DNA from: Candidatus Saccharimonadota bacterium
GTDB taxonomy: Bacteria > Patescibacteriota > Saccharimonadia > Saccharimonadales > Saccharimonadaceae
Direction of reading: 5' to 3'
Assembly: GCA_030529135.1 (NCBI GenBank)
Contig: JAUMXO010000001.1
Coordinates: 15,335 to 79,334 of the forward strand
Length of the DNA stretch: 64,000 nucleotides
How positions within the stretch are numbered: the first letter of the stretch is position 1; every line of letters begins with the position of its first letter. Below, in pieces: positions 9,549 to 16,424 of the stretch. The position numbers were made by a program, and so were the translations under genes. Below the pieces are notes generated by a model. The model was not told the DNA's origin. It made no database searches and saw only the letters and a program-made list of their open reading frames with translations.

Positions 9549-10508
9549 ATGTCTCGCCTTATCTTAGTTTATAACCCCAACTCTTCTAATTATTGTCGTG
9601 TCAAAAAAAATATTTTAGATCAAAAAACCAAATTGTTTGCTGAAAAAAATCTTACCGATTATACCATCAAAAAAATTGGTTTTGAAAATAACGTTAAAAA
9701 CCTTCAAAAAGAACTCAAAAACGGCGACATTTGTCTTTCTCTCGGTGGCGATGCCACCGCTGCTATTACTGCCAATGCCATCATGAGTTCCCAAAAAGAC
9801 GTCACTCTTGCTGTTCTCCCATATGGCAACTTCAATGACCTCGCTAGAACTTTGGGAACGATGAAGCTGGAGGATTTAAACGTTCACAAGCGGACCTCCG
9901 CGACCAACAGGGAGGGTACCGCGAGTAAACCGTTTAAGTCCGCTAGCCGTTTGTACCCTCTCGAGATTTATGTAGACGGCAAATTTTGGCGTTATGCTAC
10001 TTGTTACGTAACCATTGGTATGACCGCCGAAGCAGTTGAACTTTTTGATGAACCAAAATTTAGAAAATATATGCAAAAGGGCCACAAAAGTTCCTGGCGC
10101 TCTTATCTAGAGTTGGCCAAATGGTATTTCAAAAACCGTCGGAAGAAAGTGTTTCTTCCTGAGTTCACTATCAACAAAAATTCCACAGTCAAGAAAGCCT
10201 CTGATTATGCTGCTCTTAGTGGCAAATCCATGTGCCGTGTCATGAAGGGTGGCGACGATTGGAAAAAGCCCTATATTTTTAGGAGTGCTGCCCTAAAAAC
10301 TATCAGCTTCCCAAGACTATTTATCTTGATGGCAAAATCAATCTTGCATCGTACTCCCGGCAGCGATACGAAAGGCGATCTTCTAGAATTCAAGGAACCA
10401 GCTACCGTCGAACTTCAAGCCGAAGGCGAATATCAAACTTTTAAAAATATCAAAAAGATCAAGGTTAAGAAAGGGAATCAATGTTTGAAAGTGATAACAA
10501 AAAACTAG
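9549..10508 (+). CDS. diacylglycerol kinase family protein
   Basis: YNPNSS, LSLGGDAT, LPYGNFNDLARTLG, QAEGE motifs; carries short palindromic insert. Confidence 0.8.
   Translation: MSRLILVYNPNSSNYCRVKKNILDQKTKLFAEKNLTDYTIKKIGFENNVKNLQKELKNGDICLSLGGDATAAITANAIMSSQKDVTLAVLPYGNFNDLARTLGTMKLEDLNVHKRTSATNREGTASKPFKSASRLYPLEIYVDGKFWRYATCYVTIGMTAEAVELFDEPKFRKYMQKGHKSSWRSYLELAKWYFKNRRKKVFLPEFTINKNSTVKKASDYAALSGKSMCRVMKGGDDWKKPYIFRSAALKTISFPRLFILMAKSILHRTPGSDTKGDLLEFKEPATVELQAEGEYQTFKNIKKIKVKKGNQCLKVITKN
9872..9941 (+). repeat. short palindromic element in-frame in DAGK gene
   Basis: Imperfect arms GGATTTAAACG / CGTTTAAGTCC; inner CCTCC/GGAGG hairpin with GCGACCAACAG loop resembling GCGACRACGGGAG of other copies. 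Confidence 0.55.
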
Positions 10509-11284
10509 AACAGGTCATAACATACATGAAAACTCACTGGCCAAGTCCAGTAAAAGACGAGTGGCAAGTCAGTTTAGAAGAATACCCCAAAATTCTAAAA
10601 CAAATTGTCGCGGATTTTACTAAAGATAAGACTAAGAATAAAAATCTTATTCGCATTGCTGGTCTTTCTGGTTCCGGTAAAACTTCCCAAATTCTCCCCG
10701 CTGTAGAAAAATATTGCGAGATGAAAAATTTAAATCCAGTTCTCATCGCTGCTCGTCGTTTCGTAGATTATCATCCGTTCAGAAATGAAATTGAAATAGA
10801 ATACGGTGAAGAAAATTTACGTAAAAACACCGATGAATTTAGTACTATCATGATGTTTTTGAGTTTAAATGCTCTTACTAAAGCTGGTTATGATATTATT
10901 TTAGACGTTACATTACTAGATCCAGAGGTAGAAAATATCTTACTTGGAATGTTAAGAGAGAATAATTATCAAACTATGCTTCTAATGATCGCTACCAGCC
11001 CTACTGTTACTGAACATTTTTTGGGCGGTCGTGGTTGGCGTCATTCTAAGGCGACTGAAGCGGAATTTATTCGTGCCACTAGGGCAGCAATGGAATTCTA
11101 TGCCCAAAACTATCCAGATCTTCACACGATTCTTTGGAGCGTGTATGATCTAGATCCGATTTATAACGGAAAAATCAAGAACGCATTAGATATTTTTCAA
11201 GAATATTCAGAGAAAACCGATCTTCCTAAGTCAAACGATGACGAAAGAAGGGAAGCTAAAATTCAATTTCTTTCAAAACTTTAG
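10481..11284 (+). CDS. zeta-toxin-like P-loop kinase
   Basis: Walker A GLSGSGKT, FVDYHP, YDIILDVTL. Confidence 0.65.
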   Translation: MFESDNKKLEQVITYMKTHWPSPVKDEWQVSLEEYPKILKQIVADFTKDKTKNKNLIRIAGLSGSGKTSQILPAVEKYCEMKNLNPVLIAARRFVDYHPFRNEIEIEYGEENLRKNTDEFSTIMMFLSLNALTKAGYDIILDVTLLDPEVENILLGMLRENNYQTMLLMIATSPTVTEHFLGGRGWRHSKATEAEFIRATRAAMEFYAQNYPDLHTILWSVYDLDPIYNGKIKNALDIFQEYSEKTDLPKSNDDERREAKIQFLSKL

Positions 11285-11822
11285 CAGTTGCCTCTTCCAA
11301 TTCTTCAATCGTACCATTATTTAATACGTAATAATCTGCCGCTGCGATTGGCCCACCTTTTTCTAGATTTTCGATTTCAGACCGATCGCGTTCTCGAATT
11401 GCTGCTGCATCAAAGGCCCTACCCGGTCTCACTGCCACCCTATCATAACGTAAATTTTTATCTACCACCACTGCTAGAAAAGTCAAAGCCTTTGGGAATT
11501 CGTGTTTTAAAGTGCAATATTCCGTCCAAGAATAGACCCCGTCAAGCACAATTCTCTTTTGTCCAGCAGCAATCAAATCTTTCGTCTCGGCAATCACTTG
11601 TCTTACTACCCAATCCTTGCCTTCCTTTTCACGGATTTCCTCACGGAATTTTTTCTCACTCTCGCCATCTTCGGTACGTTCAATCCCTCGTTTCTCCATC
11701 TCTTTATAAATCATCCCACCAAAATATACTTTCGGATAGCCTTTGGAAGTTAAATAATCCACGATTACCGATTTGCCACTCCCACTCATTCCCACAATTG
11801 CTAGTATTTTTACATTATCCAT
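11256..11822 (-). CDS. P-loop nucleotide kinase, dephospho-CoA kinase-like
   Basis: IVGMSGSGKS, IVLDGVYS, RDRSEIE, ADYYVLNNG; start ATG 11822 behind TGGTATACT. Confidence 0.75.
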   Translation of the reverse strand: MDNVKILAIVGMSGSGKSVIVDYLTSKGYPKVYFGGMIYKEMEKRGIERTEDGESEKKFREEIREKEGKDWVVRQVIAETKDLIAAGQKRIVLDGVYSWTEYCTLKHEFPKALTFLAVVVDKNLRYDRVAVRPGRAFDAAAIRERDRSEIENLEKGGPIAAADYYVLNNGTIEELEEATAKVLKEIEF

Positions 11823-11835
11823 AAGATAAGTATAC

Positions 11836-11958
11836 CACAAAAGCTAAATCTCGGGACATCAAGCAAAAAATCTTTGATTTTTTGCGCGCGGAGGTGTAGT
11901 GTCGTGATATAATCGAAGATTGATCACGACACGAAACTCCTGAGATTTAGCTTTTGTG
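11836..11958 (+). repeat. intergenic palindromic element (21-bp arms, two inner hairpins)
   Basis: Arms 11836-11856 / 11938-11958 (20/21); hairpins 11863-11885 and 11899-11932 with c-GAA-g loop. Confidence 0.8.
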
Positions 11959-11971
11959 ATATAATATACCT

Positions 11972-12784
11972 ATGCGTAATTTTTTTACGACCAAGGATCC
12001 GCTTGATCAAATTATCACGGACACTATGCCAGATAAGAAAATCGAAAAAACTGAGCATATCTTAACTGGCTGGACGAATATTGTTATAGAAGTGACTACT
12101 GATAAAGGTTCGTACTTTTTCCGTTTTCCGAGAAACCCATTTTGGTCGCGTATGATTGTCAAAGACGCCGCCGTTTGTAATTTTGTAGAAGGGAAGACCA
12201 GCTACTATACTCCACAAATGGAGCTGCATTACGACAAACACAAACGTCCGTTTTCTGTACACAAAAAAATCGAAGGCTATACTTTAGGCGATCGCATCTA
12301 TCATCTAAGTCATACTGCGCTTACTGGCGTAGCTTATGATACTGCCAAATTTATCAAAGAACTTTCCGGTATTGATCTTCGTGGCGCACCCAAAGAGGTT
12401 CAGATGCCTCTCTCCGAATTTCTGTATGAGCTAGATCACGAGCATTACAAAAAACATATCGACAAAGACCATGATTATATCAAAAAGACCGAAGAAAACA
12501 AATTGGTTCATGGCGACCTCAATCTCGGCAATATTTTATTAGATGAAAACGATAAAGTTATTGGCGTGATTGATTTTTGTTTTGCTGGTACTGGTAATCC
12601 CCAGATGGATACTGCCAGAATGTTGTCTCGCCCCGTCCCTGAAGGATTTGAAGAAATTTTCCTTTCTCAATTCGTTGATACTTCTGAGGTAGACAGAATG
12701 AAAACCGCCTGGAAACATATCGATGCCGGCTACGCCGAACACATCCGCAGCAATTTCCCCGAAATCAACCTCAATCAGCTCTAG
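11972..12784 (+). CDS. aminoglycoside phosphotransferase / choline kinase family protein
   Basis: FFRFP, HGDLNLGNILL, GVIDF motifs. Confidence 0.82.
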   Translation: MRNFFTTKDPLDQIITDTMPDKKIEKTEHILTGWTNIVIEVTTDKGSYFFRFPRNPFWSRMIVKDAAVCNFVEGKTSYYTPQMELHYDKHKRPFSVHKKIEGYTLGDRIYHLSHTALTGVAYDTAKFIKELSGIDLRGAPKEVQMPLSEFLYELDHEHYKKHIDKDHDYIKKTEENKLVHGDLNLGNILLDENDKVIGVIDFCFAGTGNPQMDTARMLSRPVPEGFEEIFLSQFVDTSEVDRMKTAWKHIDAGYAEHIRSNFPEINLNQL

Positions 12785-12866
12785 TTTAACCATAAACAAA
12801 AGGTAGGGGGTTGAAATTTTTTGCCAGATATGCCTATAATACTCTAATTAAAAAACAGGGAGTATT

Positions 12867-13859
12867 ATGCCAAAAAACATCACCGACAAAATTTACACCA
12901 TCCGTGGGCAGAAAGTGATACTGGACTACGATTTAGCGGAGCTCTATGGTTACGAGACAAAAGCATTCAATCGTCAAGTCCAAAGGAATATAGAAAAATT
13001 TAAAGGCGAAGAGTTTATGTTCCAGCTAACAAAACTGGAAGCGGAGCAATTTTCAAGGTCAAAAAATTTGACCTCAAATTCGGAAACCGGAATCTTGAGG
13101 TGCCAAAATGTCACCTCAAGTTGGGGCGGCGCTAGGTACCTCCCCCACGCCTTCACCGAACAGGGTATTTATATGCTCATGACCGTTTTAAAAGGTGAGC
13201 TCGCCACCAAACAAAGCCGCGCCCTTGTTATGACTTTCAAGGCCATGAAAGACTACATCATCAGCCACCAGTCTGTAGTTTCAAAAGTCATAGACAACTC
13301 CAAAGACATCGCCAAGATCAAAACCGAAATCAATCAAATCGCCAGCGAAATGACCGGCGTAGTTAAAAAATCTGAAATTTCTCCTATTCTTCTAGATTTT
13401 GCCAAAGTCGCCGAAACCAAAGAGTTTTTAATTTTAAATGGTGAACCAATGAGAGCCAAAGAAACCTACCAAGATATTCTTAGTAAGGCCGAAAAGCGAA
13501 TTTATATCATAGACAATTATATCAGCATCAAAACTCTCCGCCTTCTCCAGGCCGCTAGGCCAAACATAGAAGTGATATTTTTTAGCGACAATGTCGGGAG
13601 TTGTCTCTACGGCAGCGACGTCAAAGATTTTAAAAAAGATCGAAAAGATCTCAAGATCAAATTCATCCGAACTAACAATGCGGTTCACGACAGATTTATC
13701 ATCATCGATGGTGAAAAGTTCTACCATTGTGGCGCCTCGTCAAAAGACGCAGGGAAGAGAATCGCCATCCTCCACGAAATCACCGACAAACAAATTGTCA
13801 AAATCATCAAAGGTATTGTTATTAAAATGGCAAACAACAGAGAACTGATTTTAAAGTAG
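12867..13859 (+). CDS. ORF6N-domain DNA-binding protein with C-terminal PLD-like region
   Basis: IYTIRGQKVILDYDLAELYGYETKAFNRQVQRN, RYLPHAFTEQG; HDRFIIID. Confidence 0.85.
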   Translation: MPKNITDKIYTIRGQKVILDYDLAELYGYETKAFNRQVQRNIEKFKGEEFMFQLTKLEAEQFSRSKNLTSNSETGILRCQNVTSSWGGARYLPHAFTEQGIYMLMTVLKGELATKQSRALVMTFKAMKDYIISHQSVVSKVIDNSKDIAKIKTEINQIASEMTGVVKKSEISPILLDFAKVAETKEFLILNGEPMRAKETYQDILSKAEKRIYIIDNYISIKTLRLLQAARPNIEVIFFSDNVGSCLYGSDVKDFKKDRKDLKIKFIRTNNAVHDRFIIIDGEKFYHCGASSKDAGKRIAILHEITDKQIVKIIKGIVIKMANNRELILK

Positions 13860-13884
13860 CCCTATCTGTGGTATAATTATAGTT

Positions 13885-14077
13885 GTCCAAACTATAATTT
13901 AACGCAACAGAAAACAGCAGAATATATCTGTTGTCTATAGTGCTTAGAATCGGGCGCTGTAGGCAATAGGCACTATGTTCTGTTGTATAAGTAGTTTGGA
14001 CGCTATCTACAGCGTCCGATTTTGGTTTTGTAGTATGCGTCCATTTTGCACCTTTCTGTTGCGAGAAAGCAACAGAA
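13885..14077 (+). promoter_or_regulatory. highly structured leader upstream of methyltransferase (candidate cis-regulatory RNA)
   Basis: Nested and mutually exclusive helices; 9-bp hairpin ending 1 nt before ATG 14079. Confidence 0.55.
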
Positions 14078-14078
14078 C

Positions 14079-15182
14079 ATGGGAAGCAATGCGAATTTGC
14101 ATAAAGCCAACAAAGCCAAAAAAGATGAGTTCTATACTCAACTCCCCGATATAGAAAACGAACTCAAACATTATAAGGAACATTTTAAGGGTAAAACTGT
14201 ATTTTGTAATTGTGACGATCCATATGAAAGCAATTTCTTTAAATATTTTGCAATGAATTTTAACCATCTAGGTTTGAAAAAATTAATTTGCACAAGCTAT
14301 TCTGGCTCTCCAATTGTTGGCCAAGAATTTAGCGATTTGCCACTGTTTAAAAGTCTAAATTCCAAAAAAGCCTACAAAGTAGAAATCACAGAAGTTTATG
14401 ACGAGAATAAAGACGGTGCAGTGGATATGTATGATATCGAGCTTCTAATTAAAAACATGAAAAACAAAATGACACTCCTAAAAGGTGACGGTGATTTTAG
14501 AAGCAAAGAAGCTATAGAATGTCTAAGGGAGGCCGATATTGTAGTAACTAACCCACCATTTTCACTATTTCGTGAATATCTTGCTCAACTCATAGAGTAT
14601 AAAAAACTCTTTCTTATAATTGGAAATATGAATGCAATAACCTACAAAGAGGTTTTTCCACTTATAAAAGATAATAAAATTTGGCTTGGCTATGGGTTTA
14701 AGGGAGGGAACGCATTTTTTTCTATTCCAGTTTATAGCAACGAGTATGCTAAAGGTGTGTACAATGAAGAAACAGGGCTAGTCAAATTTAGAAATTGCAC
14801 TTGGTACACTAACATTGACCATAATAAAAGACACGAAGAACTTATTTTGTATAAAAAATATTCCCCAGAAGAATACCCAAAATATGATAATTATGACGCT
14901 ATCAACGTAGATAAGGTTAATGAGATACCGGATGATTACAATGGTGTTATGGGGGTGCCAATCACCTTTCTCGACAAATACAATCCGGATCAATTTGAAA
15001 TAGTTGCCTTTAGGAAGGGCGAAGATGGCCGAGACTTAGTATTTACGAGAGAGAGAGAGGATTCAACCATACTTTCGTATCCTTGTACGACGTCGATTCC
15101 AGGGATGATAAAAAATGCAGAAGGGAAAATCAATGGAAAAATTACATACGCCAGAATAACCATCATGAAAAAGAGCCGATAG
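14079..15182 (+). CDS. adenine-specific DNA methyltransferase, EcoRI family
   Basis: KKDEFYTQL, FCNCDDP, GDGDFRS, VVTNPPFSLFREY, GVPITFLDKYNPDQFEI. Confidence 0.9.
   Translation: MGSNANLHKANKAKKDEFYTQLPDIENELKHYKEHFKGKTVFCNCDDPYESNFFKYFAMNFNHLGLKKLICTSYSGSPIVGQEFSDLPLFKSLNSKKAYKVEITEVYDENKDGAVDMYDIELLIKNMKNKMTLLKGDGDFRSKEAIECLREADIVVTNPPFSLFREYLAQLIEYKKLFLIIGNMNAITYKEVFPLIKDNKIWLGYGFKGGNAFFSIPVYSNEYAKGVYNEETGLVKFRNCTWYTNIDHNKRHEELILYKKYSPEEYPKYDNYDAINVDKVNEIPDDYNGVMGVPITFLDKYNPDQFEIVAFRKGEDGRDLVFTREREDSTILSYPCTTSIPGMIKNAEGKINGKITYARITIMKKSR
15047..15059 (+). repeat. (GA)6G simple sequence repeat in methyltransferase 3' end
   Basis: ACGAGAGAGAGAGAGG at 15045-15060. Confidence 0.9.
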
Positions 15183-15290
15183 ATTTTTTCTTCCCATATT
15201 CTACAAATTTAAAAAACGGTTTAGTGAATGATTGTAGAATAAACGGTAAAAAAACATACGTGAGGATATTAATTAAACGAAAGGAATCAA

Positions 15291-16382
15291 ATGAAAATTG
15301 AACTCAAAAACTTTAAAATTAAAGATATCTTCGAGGGCTATGAGGATAAAAACGAAGAAGGCATAACTGCATATAATGGCAAATTGGATATCCGCCCAAA
15401 ATATCAACGTGAGTTTGTCTATGATGACAAGAAGCGTAGCGCCGTTATTGATACTATCAAAAAAGACTTTCCACTCAATGTAATGTACTGGAATAAAAGA
15501 GATGACGGTGGCTACGAAATTCTAGATGGCCAGCAGCGCACTATCTCTTTCTGCCAATATCTAAATGGTGATTTTTCTTTTGAAGGCAAATATGCACATA
15601 ATCTCACGAAAGATGAATTAGAAAAAATCGAAAATTATGAATTGTTTATTTATATTTGCGAAGGCGAGGAAAGTGAACGTCTTGAGTGGTTTAGAACCAT
15701 TAATATTGCCGGCGAAAAGTTAACCGATCAAGAACTAAGAAATGCTACCTACACCAGCCCTTGGCTTACTGATGCTAAGAGATATTTTAGCAAATCTAAT
15801 TGTCCAGCTTACGGTCTTGCCGACAAATATATGAACGGTTCGCCAATCCGTCAAGACTATTTAGAAACCGTCCTAAGGTGGATTTCGGATGGCAAAATCG
15901 AAGAATACATGGCCGAGCATGCCAACGATAAAAAATACGACAATGCTTCCGAACTCTGGCAATATTTCCAAACCGCAATCGCTTGGGTGCAAACCATTTT
16001 CCCAGAGTATCGCAAAGAAATGAAAGGTTTAGAATGGGGCGAATTTTACAACAAATACCACAACAATTCCTACAACGCCACAGACCTAGAAAATAAAATC
16101 AAACAACTTATGCAAGATGAAGACGTCACTAGCAAAAAAGGAATTTACGAATACCTATTAAACGGCGACGAAAGAAATCTTAGCATCCGTGCCTTCACCG
16201 ACAACATGAAAAGAGAAGCATACGAGCGCCAAAACGGCATCTGTGCCAAGTGCGGCGAACGCTTTGAAATCACCGAAATGGAAGCCGATCATATCACTCC
16301 GTGGAGCCAAGGCGGAAAAACCATCACCGAAAACTGCCAGATGCTTTGCCGCGATTGCAATCGCAAGAAGTCCGACGTCTAA
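15291..16382 (+). CDS. DUF262 (GmrSD N-terminal-like) plus C-terminal HNH endonuclease
   Basis: RPKYQREFVY, LDGQQR, FRTIN; CAKC...EADHITPWSQGGKT...NCQMLCRDCN. Confidence 0.88.
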   Translation: MKIELKNFKIKDIFEGYEDKNEEGITAYNGKLDIRPKYQREFVYDDKKRSAVIDTIKKDFPLNVMYWNKRDDGGYEILDGQQRTISFCQYLNGDFSFEGKYAHNLTKDELEKIENYELFIYICEGEESERLEWFRTINIAGEKLTDQELRNATYTSPWLTDAKRYFSKSNCPAYGLADKYMNGSPIRQDYLETVLRWISDGKIEEYMAEHANDKKYDNASELWQYFQTAIAWVQTIFPEYRKEMKGLEWGEFYNKYHNNSYNATDLENKIKQLMQDEDVTSKKGIYEYLLNGDERNLSIRAFTDNMKREAYERQNGICAKCGERFEITEMEADHITPWSQGGKTITENCQMLCRDCNRKKSDV

Positions 16383-16424
16383 AGAACTAAATTTATCTAG
16401 CCTCATCTGTGCTATACTATAACT

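Noticed and set aside
11972-12784. Antibiotic resistance gene
   Set aside because: Only the general APH/choline-kinase fold motifs are visible; the substrate cannot be inferred.
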